DNA of 64,000 bases, from contig JAFGAR010000081.1 in assembly GCA_016933575.1 (NCBI GenBank), positions 128,001-192,000 of the forward strand, read 5' to 3'. The translations under genes were made by a program, and so were the position numbers. A model generated the notes under the pieces. That model was not told where the DNA came from. It searched no databases and saw only the letters and a list, made by a program, of their open reading frames with translations. Below are positions 38,391 through 48,322 of the stretch, one piece after another (positions within the stretch are counted from its first letter, which is position 1; the number at the start of each line of letters is the position of its first letter). The stretch comes from Candidatus Thorarchaeota archaeon (GTDB taxonomy: Archaea > Asgardarchaeota > Thorarchaeia > Thorarchaeales > Thorarchaeaceae).

Positions 38391-39576
38391 TGGTCTTTAA
38401 TGGATGCCTCGTTAGCATTCTTCTGTAAATACGTCTCTTGAGGTTTGAGAACGGACTCACTCTTGCAAGAACATCTATCAGATACTCCCCTATAACAGGG
38501 TCTTCTGATGCGATTTTCGAAATGAGTTCAATGTTCTTACTCGACCTGTAAAGAATATTGGCGAGTTGCCGTAGATTGTCTAGTTCCTTATTCAGTCCCT
38601 GTTTCAGTCTCCTATCATATTCCGCAATATGAACCGGTGACTTATCTCTCACCGCCTCATATGCAACATCGGCTGCCAATATCCCTGATTCTATTGCATA
38701 CGAAATACCCTCACCCGATATTGGTGACACAAGACCCGCGGCATCTCCGATGAGCATAGATCGTCTGGCAATGACTCTCCCAGTTATTCCTCCAATTGGC
38801 ACTCTTGCTGATGTTCTCTGTGATACATCAAGACTGATACCTTTTGTCCTTTCAATATGAGATATAATGCTCTCCCATGCGTTCCGAAGATTTCTTGCAT
38901 ATTCTACACGGCATCCAATACCAACATTCAGAGTATTCGTTTTTGGGAAGCACCAACCATATCCCCAATCAATGAGACCAAAGTATAGGTCCAAGGCTAT
39001 TTGCGCTGGATTATCATCAACTCGTGCTATTCGTGCAATCTCTGACTCTTTCATTGGGACCTCAGCATTGATGCAGACAGCTATATTATCAGCCTGCCAT
39101 CGTTTTCTAATCCCAAGAATTCGCGCAGATAATCCGTTGACTCCATCAGCTCCCACAAGAAGATGTGCCTTATACGAGTCTCCAACTCCTAAAGCCCTAA
39201 CACCTTTACGAAGTTGTTCTATTCCCACAATTTTTGTATCTTGTCTTACCTCTACACCTGCTTCAATTGCTTTTTTGAGAAGAAACTCATCAAATGTTGG
39301 TCGATCTATCATTAGTCCTGTGAGTCCTTCTCGTGTTAGCACCGTTGTCCTACCAGATGGGGTATGAACTCTTGCTGCATGAAACTCTCCTCTAGCAATT
39401 TGTGAAAGGTCATACCTCAGTAGTTCTATTGCTCGCGGACTTATTGCACCACCACATGGTTTCTTTCTTGGATGGATACATCTTTCAATAAGAGCAACAT
39501 CGAGCCCTCTCTCAGCAGCCCTTCTAGCGCATGTTGACCCTGCAGGGCCTCCACCTATGACTAGAAGGTCGTACAT
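38374..39576 (-). CDS. geranylgeranyl reductase family flavoprotein
   Basis: GGGPAGS, KPCGG, GADG, GYGWCFPK, GDAAGLVSPISGEGI. Confidence 0.9.
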   Translation of the reverse strand: MYDLLVIGGGPAGSTCARRAAERGLDVALIERCIHPRKKPCGGAISPRAIELLRYDLSQIARGEFHAARVHTPSGRTTVLTREGLTGLMIDRPTFDEFLLKKAIEAGVEVRQDTKIVGIEQLRKGVRALGVGDSYKAHLLVGADGVNGLSARILGIRKRWQADNIAVCINAEVPMKESEIARIARVDDNPAQIALDLYFGLIDWGYGWCFPKTNTLNVGIGCRVEYARNLRNAWESIISHIERTKGISLDVSQRTSARVPIGGITGRVIARRSMLIGDAAGLVSPISGEGISYAIESGILAADVAYEAVRDKSPVHIAEYDRRLKQGLNKELDNLRQLANILYRSSKNIELISKIASEDPVIGEYLIDVLARVSPFSNLKRRIYRRMLTRHPLKTIKFDL

Positions 39577-39654
39577 TGTCAAATACCTCTCTTTAATAGT
39601 ATAGCAAAACATGGATAAATCTACTAGTGTCACAATTTGCATAGGGGATATGCG

Positions 39655-40698
39655 TTGACCAATACGACTGCCAAAATATGCCTGATTGCAACAGGAGGAA
39701 CTATCTCAAGTATCTATGATGAGCAGACAGAGGCTCTGCGCCCAGGACTCTCAGTAGATGCGCTTCTTGATAGACTTCCTAAAGGTATGGGTGATATTGA
39801 GGTCATTAAACGAGAACTGTTTCAACTTGACTCTGCTAATGCTCAACCTCATCATTGGCAGACAATTGCTGGAGCCATCAAAAAGGTCAGTGAAGAGATC
39901 TCAGACCTCGATGGAATAGTCATCACTCACGGCACTGATACTATGGTCTACTCTGCGTCTGCGGTCAGTTTCATGGTTCAAGACTTTGGTAAGCCTATCG
40001 TCTTTACAGGCGCCCAGATTCCAGCAAGTGTTCCTTGGAGTGATGGACCACGGAACATCTTGGATGCGATGCGTGTTGCAGCATTTGGAGACCTCGGTGA
40101 AGTCTGCATTGTCTTCAATGGTGAGATACATCGAGCCACAAGAACAAAGAAAGTTCGTGTCAATTCCTACGATGCATTCGATTCTATGGATCCATCACCT
40201 ATTGGAATCCTCGCACGAGATATTGTTCTTTATGAGGGTAGAAAGAAACGTGACCATTCCTTGATTCCCCGTTTTGACACAAGATTGGATGACAGGGTCT
40301 TTCTTCTGAAAATCTTCCCGGGACTTCCCCCTCAGACTCTGGCGCGTATCGTTGACCTGGGATATCATGGCATCATTCTCGAAGGTTTTGGTTCTGGTAA
40401 TATTCCTACTGATGAAAATGCTCTAACAGGAGGTATTCTTCAAGCCATCGACCAAGGTTGTTTTGTAATAGTGAGTTCACAATGTGCCTTTGGTCAAGCG
40501 GACCTCTCAGTCTATGAGGTCGGTCGAGCCGCAATGGATGTCGGAGCCCTGAGTGCATATGATATGACCTCTGAGGCTGCTCTTGTGAAGCTAGCCTGGG
40601 TGCTTGGGCATACACATGAACCAGACCGAGTGAAAGAGATGATGTCAATTAGCTATGTTGGTGAGATATCATTTCATCCTGAAGTAGTACATCGATAA
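39655..40698 (+). CDS. ansA: L-asparaginase type I
   Basis: ATGGTIS, HGTDT, TGAQ, GSGN, DMTSEAALVKL; no GatD N-terminal domain. Confidence 0.88.
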   Translation: MTNTTAKICLIATGGTISSIYDEQTEALRPGLSVDALLDRLPKGMGDIEVIKRELFQLDSANAQPHHWQTIAGAIKKVSEEISDLDGIVITHGTDTMVYSASAVSFMVQDFGKPIVFTGAQIPASVPWSDGPRNILDAMRVAAFGDLGEVCIVFNGEIHRATRTKKVRVNSYDAFDSMDPSPIGILARDIVLYEGRKKRDHSLIPRFDTRLDDRVFLLKIFPGLPPQTLARIVDLGYHGIILEGFGSGNIPTDENALTGGILQAIDQGCFVIVSSQCAFGQADLSVYEVGRAAMDVGALSAYDMTSEAALVKLAWVLGHTHEPDRVKEMMSISYVGEISFHPEVVHR

Positions 40699-40750
40699 AA
40701 TCACAAAATATCAACAGATTATGATCTGAAACCCATAACCTACAGAAAAA

Positions 40751-40871
40751 TGGCGCCCGGAATGAGATTCGAACTCATGCCTCCCGGAGGAGAACAGCTA
40801 TCCTTGCAAGAGTTACAAAGACAACTATTGTTTCCAGGCTGTCGCCGTAATCCTGGCTTGGCTATCCGGGC
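40751..40871 (-). tRNA. tRNA-Ser(GGA) with 32-nt intron at 37/38 (40800-40831), CCA encoded
   Basis: GCCCGGA/TCCGGGC acceptor, ACAGC/GCTGT anticodon stem, long variable arm CTCC-TCCG-GGAG, ATGAG-TTCGAAT-CTCAT T arm, G73-CCA. Confidence 0.92.
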
Positions 40872-40934
40872 TTATCAGTGATGATTTCTATATCCCTTTT
40901 CATCTTTTCTCTTAGATACAATATGTAAAATAAG

Positions 40935-40993
40935 AACTCTGCATGTTATTTCGTATGCAGAGTTACTTCTGGTGCAATCAGATCAATTGCACC
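40935..40993. terminator. two adjacent hairpins downstream of the 41020-42012 gene
   Basis: AACTCTGCAT/ATGCAGAGTT (40935-40964) and GGTGCAAT/ATTGCACC (40971-40993). Confidence 0.5.
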
Positions 40994-41019
40994 GTCGGTT
41001 AGATGCTTTCTTATTGGAG

Positions 41020-42012
41020 CTATTTTTTATGTTTTGTTTCGAAGATGTGGTTTACATCTCCATGCTTTCCTACTAATGGTTGAATAATTGTGTTGAGTGA
41101 CTCTTTTCGTGTCACATATTCCTCCAAAGTAAGTGGTTCTCTATCCGGCGCATATGCCTGCCTCGCAAGTTCTAAGGCTAAGAATGATGATAGGCCTCCA
41201 ATATCGACTCCTTGTCCTTTACCTTTCTCTCCCCACTGCGGAATATCTGCTACGAACTCAGAATCCGCCTTCAGATTGTCTGGAATGTCTTGAATCGTTC
41301 TCAGCAGATGATAGGCTATCCCAAAGTTTGGAGGATATGTTGCACCAACTTCATGTTTCCTGTCCTTTCCCTCTACAGGGATTGGGACTTGGTAGCCTTT
41401 TGTCTTTCCTTTATCAGGGGCATAAGAGATGAAGTTTGCAGTCACGATAGTCTTTCCGTGCCTAGGTATTACATGCAATGCTGGGTTGAGCTCTGACTCA
41501 AGGGTGACAGCATTCAGGCCTGACATCTGATACTTATTTTTCCGAGGGAGTGCGTTCATGTTCTTAGCAAATTTGGAGAGTTTGCTGTTCTGAATTTCCT
41601 CCCGAAGTAAAGCAAACAGTGGGCTCGAATCAGTCTTGCTTGGTTGATGACCACTATTCTTCAACGGGATTATCTCTAATTTGCCTGTATTCGTAACTAC
41701 GAATCCTGAAGGAAGACTGAAATCAAAGACAGTACCTAGGTGACTGATCCAGAAGATTCCTTTATCATCTCTCAACCCTTGAACGCAACCCTGATGGAGT
41801 CCATAGAGCTGAGAGTCTATTCCACCCACCTTGAACTTCTGTAGTAGCCATTGGTGAACCGAAATAGTCTTTGTCATCGTCACTCTTGGTACTGTTACAA
41901 GTTCATAGAGTGGCTCCTCAGCTAGAGCTTCGCCAAATGCGTCTTTGACTAGTTGATTATAACCTCCTAGAATTGCCAATTCAAGTGGATTTTTTGGTTC
42001 ATATTGACTCAT
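41020..42012 (-). CDS. hypothetical protein
   Basis: 330 aa ORF with GAGGAG RBS; no family recognised. Confidence 0.7.
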   Translation of the reverse strand: MSQYEPKNPLELAILGGYNQLVKDAFGEALAEEPLYELVTVPRVTMTKTISVHQWLLQKFKVGGIDSQLYGLHQGCVQGLRDDKGIFWISHLGTVFDFSLPSGFVVTNTGKLEIIPLKNSGHQPSKTDSSPLFALLREEIQNSKLSKFAKNMNALPRKNKYQMSGLNAVTLESELNPALHVIPRHGKTIVTANFISYAPDKGKTKGYQVPIPVEGKDRKHEVGATYPPNFGIAYHLLRTIQDIPDNLKADSEFVADIPQWGEKGKGQGVDIGGLSSFLALELARQAYAPDREPLTLEEYVTRKESLNTIIQPLVGKHGDVNHIFETKHKK

Positions 42013-42025
42013 CTTGATACTCTCC

Positions 42026-42367
42026 TCAATATTGTTGTCCGCATCCAGGACAGGTCAAGTTTGTACTTACAAACGCAGACCCACATTTTTGACAGAAGGT
42101 AGATACCATCTGGTTTTCTCTCATTGCTGTAGAGATTTGTGCTGGTGCATCAGCTTTGAAATCATAGACAAAAAATCCCTTTCCGCACTTGCATCTCACA
42201 GCAATTCCATGATTCGGGTCTTCAGACCACTGGTCTTGTCCGATCTTTGTAAGGAGGGGTTGCCAATTTCCTCCTTTTAGATTCTTGAATTCATCTTTGT
42301 TCTTGTCCGAACTAACTTTGAATTTTGTAGAATTACAATGTGGACATATTATTTCTGTGTCTCCCAT
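42026..42367 (-). CDS. double zinc-ribbon protein
   Basis: CPHC, CKC, CQKC, CPGC; GGAGG RBS. Confidence 0.75.
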   Translation of the reverse strand: MGDTEIICPHCNSTKFKVSSDKNKDEFKNLKGGNWQPLLTKIGQDQWSEDPNHGIAVRCKCGKGFFVYDFKADAPAQISTAMRENQMVSTFCQKCGSAFVSTNLTCPGCGQQY

Positions 42368-42440
42368 TATTCCGCCTCCAATCTATTGATTATTGTAGTA
42401 AGCGATTTCACTTACTCAAAAGCCCATACTACGTTTTAAA

Positions 42441-42698
42441 CTAGTTATCAAGCTTGTATCCTATGAGTATCATAGCAACTCCTATTATGCCAACAATTGC
42501 AGATTGAGTCCAATATTCTGGAACTACGTAACTCCAACTAGGCGCAGAAATTGCCCAACCAGCTATTGTTGCAGCTAGCCCTAGTAAGAATATACCCAGC
42601 CATGTCACAATTCTGCCAATACCCATTTTTGCTCCCTGTACAGGAGTTTTCTTCTCCGGTTTCGGAGGTTCAATATCTTTGAAATCCGGTGTTGCCAT
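42441..42698 (-). CDS. small two-TM membrane protein
   Basis: Two hydrophobic helices. Confidence 0.65.
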   Translation of the reverse strand: MATPDFKDIEPPKPEKKTPVQGAKMGIGRIVTWLGIFLLGLAATIAGWAISAPSWSYVVPEYWTQSAIVGIIGVAMILIGYKLDN

Positions 42699-42967
42699 CT
42701 TTTCCACCACCCCAATATACTACAAGCCTGATTGCTAGAACCAACATATTAAGTTTCTTGGAAATAGAGAAAATCTGATTTTCCTATTGACATCTTTTTC
42801 TGCCTAAGATGAAAGAATCTCAATAGATACTTCAAAGAATGTTAGAATATTCTATCTGAATTTCTCTTAAATGGAAGCGTTGGATTTTGTTGTAGGTAGA
42901 ACGAAAAACAATCTGAAAACCCGTCAAGATTTGCAATGACTCGAAGCATAGAGAAGAGGTGTGAGAA

Positions 42968-43888
42968 ATGATTCATAGTACTGTACTGCTTAGATCAACG
43001 AGCGGGAGAACAATTGCCTCATCTCAATACTGGACCATCCAAGTCCCCAAAAAAGACATCACTGAGTTTCTCAAGGTTCGAGAGCAACTGCTGAAGGTCT
43101 CTACGGACCGAGGAGATGTATCTCTCACAGTTGCTGGGAATAAATACTTTGGACGTGAGATAAACTCCGACTTATTCCTGATTTTCATCGCTGACATCGA
43201 AGAGAATGACCGCAGTGTAAATGAGAAAATAACTAATGCGGCTAATACTATACGAGAAGTCCTCAAGCTTGAGAATATCACGTACATAAAGAAGCAGTAT
43301 GATAAATTGATCAGCTCCTTTGTGCACTCGAAATTGAAGGTTGCTCTCGTGGGGGAAGGTGGTGTTGGTAAGACAACAACACTTCATCTCTTGATGGGAA
43401 AGCGCCCACCCACCCAATACATACCCACAATAGCACTTGCTATGGAAGTGATTGAGAACATCCATTTTGCCAATTATAGCCTGGTTCTGTGGGACTTTGC
43501 AGGTCAGGAGCGATTTCGAAAGCTCTGGAAGCTCTATTTTCAGGGAGCCGATATTGTCTTTCTTTTGACTGATTCAACGCTCAGAAATATTCTCATCTCG
43601 AAAGAAATGTTTCAAATGATCCGCCGAGATGCACCACACGTACCAATCATCGTAATTGCTAACAAGCAGGACTGTCCAAATGCCCTAGATCCCTCTATAA
43701 TAGAACGAGTCATTGGAGCAGAGACCTATCCCCTCGTCGCTATCGATATGACTTACCGCGATGATATCTTAAAGCTCCTTCTGAACACTGCAGCCAAACA
43801 TGTGAATATTCCTATACCTGATTTGCCTCCTGAAGAGTTGCTTCGTTTCTCTGAGGATGAAGAGTCTAGCAAAGTAGCAGGAGAATAA
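42968..43888 (+). CDS. Ras-superfamily (Arf-like) small GTPase with N-terminal longin-like domain
   Basis: GEGGVGKTT, YIPTI, WDFAGQERFRKLW, NKQD; about 120 aa N-domain starting MIHSTVLL..SG. Confidence 0.88.
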   Translation: MIHSTVLLRSTSGRTIASSQYWTIQVPKKDITEFLKVREQLLKVSTDRGDVSLTVAGNKYFGREINSDLFLIFIADIEENDRSVNEKITNAANTIREVLKLENITYIKKQYDKLISSFVHSKLKVALVGEGGVGKTTTLHLLMGKRPPTQYIPTIALAMEVIENIHFANYSLVLWDFAGQERFRKLWKLYFQGADIVFLLTDSTLRNILISKEMFQMIRRDAPHVPIIVIANKQDCPNALDPSIIERVIGAETYPLVAIDMTYRDDILKLLLNTAAKHVNIPIPDLPPEELLRFSEDEESSKVAGE

Positions 43889-44024
43889 AACACGATATTT
43901 TTCCTAGACGTATTAGATATATTTTAAGAGTGCTTTTCATTCATTGTTTTTATCTAATGACATCATACATTGAGCGTGCCAGCTCTGATATAATAAATTC
44001 GCACTCAAACAAGAGGTATAATCC

Positions 44025-44915
44025 ATGATCTATAGCGTCGTCTTAGCCAATTTGACAAGTCGACGTAAGATCGCCTCAGTGGATTATTGGATTCATAAGG
44101 TTTCGACACCCCAATTGAAACGATATCTTTCAACACTTGCAGAGATGAAAAAACAATCGGACCGCTTGAAGTATAAAGCCGCTGTGATTGATGATGATTT
44201 CAAGTTCTTCAGCCGCGAGTGTGGAGATGATCACGCTGTAGTGTTCGTGACAGATGTCCATGAGCCTGATGGGGATATTGTTAGCAAGATAAACCGTGTA
44301 GCACGAAGTCTGAGATCAACTTTTACAGTAGAGTCACAAAAACATGTCAAGAAAAATATCTTGCAGATTGTAGATCCATTCATCCAATCCCGATTTGTTA
44401 TTGCCTTGGTTGGCGAGAGTGGTGTTGGAAAGACTTCACTACTACACCTGCTTATGGGTAAGCAACCCCCAGAGGAACATCACCCGACTATTGCTATAAA
44501 CACTGAAATAATCGAAAATATACGATTTGCTAATTATGAGATAATGATCTTTGATTTTGCTGGGCAAGAGCAATCTCGAAAGATGTGGGATTTTAGTAGC
44601 ACAAATATGATCTTCCTCATCACCGACTCAACTCTCAAGAATCTCATTGCAACAAAGGGTATCATGTCCCAGATCAACAAGGATTATCCGAACCTTCCCG
44701 TGATCATCTTTGCGAATAAACAGGACCTCCCGAACGCCCTCGATCCATCTGCAATTAGTAAAATTATGGGGATTGACGTTGAATCGATGGTGGCTGTTGA
44801 CCTTGCATATAGAAACAATCTTCTCTCTATTCTTGCCAAGTTGTTCTGTGGCCATTTTGGACTTGATGTTCCCGATGTGTCTCTAGAGGACCTACTCATT
44901 TTCAATCCCGAGTAG
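44025..44915 (+). CDS. paralogous small GTPase with N-terminal longin-like domain
   Basis: GESGVGKTS, HPTI, FDFAGQE, NKQDLPNAL; colinear with the upstream gene. Confidence 0.88.
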   Translation: MIYSVVLANLTSRRKIASVDYWIHKVSTPQLKRYLSTLAEMKKQSDRLKYKAAVIDDDFKFFSRECGDDHAVVFVTDVHEPDGDIVSKINRVARSLRSTFTVESQKHVKKNILQIVDPFIQSRFVIALVGESGVGKTSLLHLLMGKQPPEEHHPTIAINTEIIENIRFANYEIMIFDFAGQEQSRKMWDFSSTNMIFLITDSTLKNLIATKGIMSQINKDYPNLPVIIFANKQDLPNALDPSAISKIMGIDVESMVAVDLAYRNNLLSILAKLFCGHFGLDVPDVSLEDLLIFNPE

Positions 44916-44926
44916 TATCATGAATC

Positions 44927-45301
44927 TTACAAAAATGGACAATCCGAACCATTGGATACAATCCCAAGAATTAGATTTCCTCGTACTTCGTCATATTTGA
45001 AGACACGAAATTGAAGTTCCATTCCATCATATTGGACTACTACTTCTCCAATTCTTATGTAATGATTGAAGAGTAATCTACATTGTTCTCTAATCTTTTG
45101 AAAGAGTGTTCGATAATGTCTACGTTGAGAGGACCTAATACTCCATCTCTTGAAGATGAATTGATTTGCAAGGCTATTACTTGAAACAAGAATACTTCTT
45201 CGTTTGTTATCAGAACTGTTTGTAATTGTTTCAATGAGAGTCTGTTTTAGTACATCTGGTATTGCTGCAATAATAGATGGCGTTAGAGCTGGTTCAGACA
45301 T
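44927..45301 (-). CDS. hypothetical protein
   Basis: 124 aa ORF with GGAG RBS. Confidence 0.6.
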   Translation of the reverse strand: MSEPALTPSIIAAIPDVLKQTLIETITNSSDNKRRSILVSSNSLANQFIFKRWSIRSSQRRHYRTLFQKIREQCRLLFNHYIRIGEVVVQYDGMELQFRVFKYDEVRGNLILGIVSNGSDCPFL

Positions 45302-45436
45302 CTCTATCTCTCCATATATTATGGCCTTTCGATGACCTATAAAGCCCCTTGAAAATCAGCTTCTCTATGGTAATGGTTATAAGCAACGCAAAAGAGGCGA
45401 ACTAGCCTCTAGCCAGTCAGAATGAGGTTATAGACC

Positions 45437-45886
45437 ATGTCAGAAGATTACAAACATATCATCCGTGTCGGTGGATCCGATATTGATGGCCAAGAGAGCC
45501 TTATTCAGGGTCTTACTAGGATTAAAGGAGTAGGCCTAAGAATGTCTAAGGTCATCATAGCACAACTCAAGCTTAATCCTAATGATAGACTCGGATACAT
45601 CAACGATGCAACCATTGACGCTATTGAGACCATCCTTGAAAATCCTATAGCTGCAGGATTTCCTGAATGGTATGTTAACAGACCAAGAGATAGAATGAGC
45701 GGAAGGATGCTCCACCTGACTGGCTCTGACCTCGATTTTGCTCATAGAAATGATATTGACAGACTTCGAAGAATCAAATCTTGGCGAGGCGTAAGACACT
45801 CACTAGGTCTAAAGGTGAGGGGTCAACATACTCGAACAACTGGTCGCGGCGGAATGGCTGTCGGCGTGTCAAGAAAGAAAGTATAG
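45437..45886 (+). CDS. rps13: 30S ribosomal protein uS13
   Basis: LTRIKGVG, WRGVRHSLGLKVRGQHTRTTGR. Confidence 0.97.
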   Translation: MSEDYKHIIRVGGSDIDGQESLIQGLTRIKGVGLRMSKVIIAQLKLNPNDRLGYINDATIDAIETILENPIAAGFPEWYVNRPRDRMSGRMLHLTGSDLDFAHRNDIDRLRRIKSWRGVRHSLGLKVRGQHTRTTGRGGMAVGVSRKKV

Positions 45887-45899
45887 AGAGGTATGAAAA

Positions 45900-46559
45900 A
45901 TGGGTGATCCACGCAGACAGAAGAAAAAGTACGTATCTCCTAAACGCCCCTTTGATACTGATCGATTTGAGCAAGAACTCCAGCTGGTCGGTACTTATGG
46001 AATGCGAAACAAGAAAGAACTTTGGGGTCATAGAACTGAGTTGTCCAACTACCGAAGACAGGCTCGAAACCTACTTGCTCTCCCACCTTCAGAGAGAGCT
46101 CAACTTGAGAAGGAGCTTGTTCAAAAACTCATTCGAATCGGTATTCTCACAGCAGAACCCACTCTAGATAGTGTTCTTGACCTTACATTGGATGACCTTC
46201 TAGAAAGACGCTTACAGACTATTGTCTTTAGAAAAGGATATTCTGCATCTATGCATCATGCACGACAACTTGTCACTCATGGGCACATTGGTCTTGATGG
46301 CGCACGAATAACCACTCCTGCCAGACTAATCACAATTAAAGAAGCTGAAAGAATCGCTTACACAGCCAAGTCCCCATTGAATGATCAATCCCATCCTGCA
46401 AGGATTGCTGCATCAGATGCAGCTACAAGGATATCAGCCGTTCCTGAGGATGTTGAACCTGAACGTGAACGTGAACGTCCACGACGTAGATTAGAGGGTA
46501 AGGAAGAACCTGTGACAAATGAAGATATAGACGAGATTGGAGATGAAGCACTTGAGTAG
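45900..46559 (+). CDS. rps4: 30S ribosomal protein uS4 with charged C-terminal tail
   Basis: [41 protein letters not shown]. Confidence 0.97.
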   Translation: MGDPRRQKKKYVSPKRPFDTDRFEQELQLVGTYGMRNKKELWGHRTELSNYRRQARNLLALPPSERAQLEKELVQKLIRIGILTAEPTLDSVLDLTLDDLLERRLQTIVFRKGYSASMHHARQLVTHGHIGLDGARITTPARLITIKEAERIAYTAKSPLNDQSHPARIAASDAATRISAVPEDVEPERERERPRRRLEGKEEPVTNEDIDEIGDEALE

Positions 46560-46953
46560 TGAAGAAAAGCGGGACAAATGGGCAATTGCTCATATTTTCG
46601 CATCATATAACGATACAATCATACATGTGACAGACATCACAGGTGCTGAGACCTTAGCACGATATTCAGGTGGAATGATGGTAAAAGCTGATAGGAATGA
46701 ATCATCACCACATGCAGCAATGCAAGCAGCATTTCAAGCCGCACGCGAAGCAAAAGACAAAGGTATCTATGGCATTCATATCCGTGTTCGCGCTCCCGGC
46801 GGGTCTGGTCCAAAGACACCCGGTCCAGGAGCTCAAGCTGCAATTCGTGCCCTTAGCCGAGCAGGTCTCAGAATTGGAATAATCGATGAAGTCACTCCTA
46901 TTCCTCATGATGGGACTCGAAAGGCTGGCGGGCGTCGCGGTAGACGAGTGTAG
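46537..46953 (+). CDS. rps11: 30S ribosomal protein uS11
   Basis: [37 protein letters not shown]; start may be TTG 46552. Confidence 0.97.
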   Translation: MEMKHLSSEEKRDKWAIAHIFASYNDTIIHVTDITGAETLARYSGGMMVKADRNESSPHAAMQAAFQAAREAKDKGIYGIHIRVRAPGGSGPKTPGPGAQAAIRALSRAGLRIGIIDEVTPIPHDGTRKAGGRRGRRV

Positions 46954-46987
46954 AACTCTCAGGTCTTAACTCACCTTTTATCCAAAT

Positions 46988-48322
46988 TCAGAGGCTATGC
47001 CATTTTTCGATCAGATGCTTTGGTCTACCTGAGTTTCTATGTTCATTTCTTGCAAAGGGTCGTGTCAGGTGTCTTTGCGCACTAAGAGGCGGAAGGTACA
47101 ATCCTATCTCAATAGGTCTCTCTTTGTGAGTCTCAATTTTGTTCATGGTTGCTCCTCTGAATCCGCATTTATCGCATTTGTATCCTTTTCCTCGACCTGC
47201 GCTCTTCATCCGGCGTAAGCAATGTGGACATAGTGGATTCAATGATTGAATCAGAGGTGATAATTTTAGAACCTCAAGTCCTTCCACATTTAGAGTAAGC
47301 CCATGTGTTTTTGATCTTGGTCGTACATTCACATGTAATCTAATCTCGTCATTTCTACGCAGTTTCATAACAGTTTCCCGAAAACTACGGGTCGGCTCAT
47401 ACGCAGCACAGTCAATTACAGACTTACGGTCAGTAATTTTGAAGATGACATACCCCCCCTCCATCATCCTCGGCGGGGTCTCCACGAACCCGTGAACAAT
47501 AGCGGCCATGTATGGTCTCAGGTCTCCGATGCTCATCGTATGTACGAGGTGTTCTCCAGTTCCCTGGTTTGTTCTGAAGACTGTCCATCTTTCAACCTTC
47601 TGTTCACTCTTAATATAACTAGCAGCTCTGATAACCGACTTGGCAGTCTCTCCACGGATTCCATAAAGAACTGGGTCCGGACCATGAGGTTCTATGAGAA
47701 TTCTATACTTTTTATCATCCACGTTTGAAAAGACACTATCTCCCATCTTTTCATCCATTTGTTTGACAGATAGAGCATCTACACCCCGTGTATCTCCACA
47801 CTGATCCATTGAACGATAGGCAATATACTCGTACGTATGATCCCTCAAGAGCTGGTTTCCTATCGATGCCAGTCCTCCAATCAAGCCTCGACCGTTTCCA
47901 CTTGAATAATGTACGAGATTATGTTCATCGATTATCCTCTTGGCAAGTGCAATAGGAATTGTTCTCCAGAGTGCTTTCTTTGAGAATCTACTAATCGCTT
48001 CAGGAATCTTTCCTGTTACAATGACAACACCAGGATTCGTGTTAGGGTATAATCTATCTACATAGTCGTTGATCATTAGCTCAATCTGATGCAGAATCTC
48101 ATCTGGTTCAATTGTATCTGTGGTAAATCGTAGAGATACAGCTCCATTTCCTCTTGTTCTGAAAGGGATACCCGGATTCAATCTGATTAGGTTAGGATAA
48201 TCATTCCAATTGACAGAATGCTTTGAGAGATATTCAACCAAGAGACTTGCAAAGTGAGTTGTGCAACCACCACTAGGACTGTCGATGTCATCAAGACCTA
48301 GGTGGATCTCTTCTTCGCTCAT
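46988..48322 (-). CDS. tiaS: tRNA(Ile2) agmatinylcytidine synthetase
   Basis: LGLDDIDS..GGCTT, LIRLNPGIPFRTRGNG, DPVLYGIRG, TNQGT, AAYEPT, Zn ribbon, QRHLTRP. Confidence 0.95.
   Translation of the reverse strand: MSEEEIHLGLDDIDSPSGGCTTHFASLLVEYLSKHSVNWNDYPNLIRLNPGIPFRTRGNGAVSLRFTTDTIEPDEILHQIELMINDYVDRLYPNTNPGVVIVTGKIPEAISRFSKKALWRTIPIALAKRIIDEHNLVHYSSGNGRGLIGGLASIGNQLLRDHTYEYIAYRSMDQCGDTRGVDALSVKQMDEKMGDSVFSNVDDKKYRILIEPHGPDPVLYGIRGETAKSVIRAASYIKSEQKVERWTVFRTNQGTGEHLVHTMSIGDLRPYMAAIVHGFVETPPRMMEGGYVIFKITDRKSVIDCAAYEPTRSFRETVMKLRRNDEIRLHVNVRPRSKTHGLTLNVEGLEVLKLSPLIQSLNPLCPHCLRRMKSAGRGKGYKCDKCGFRGATMNKIETHKERPIEIGLYLPPLSAQRHLTRPFARNEHRNSGRPKHLIEKWHSL

Noticed and set aside
39655-40698. GatD amidotransferase subunit
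   Set aside because: Lacks the GatD N-terminal domain and there is no adjacent gatE
40698-42968. Integrated element at tRNA-Ser
   Set aside because: No integrase and no repeat of the tRNA 3' end in the window; the orphan genes lie on the 5' side of the tRNA
46461-46478. (GAACGT)3 tandem repeat
   Set aside because: Simply encodes ERERER in the uS4 tail
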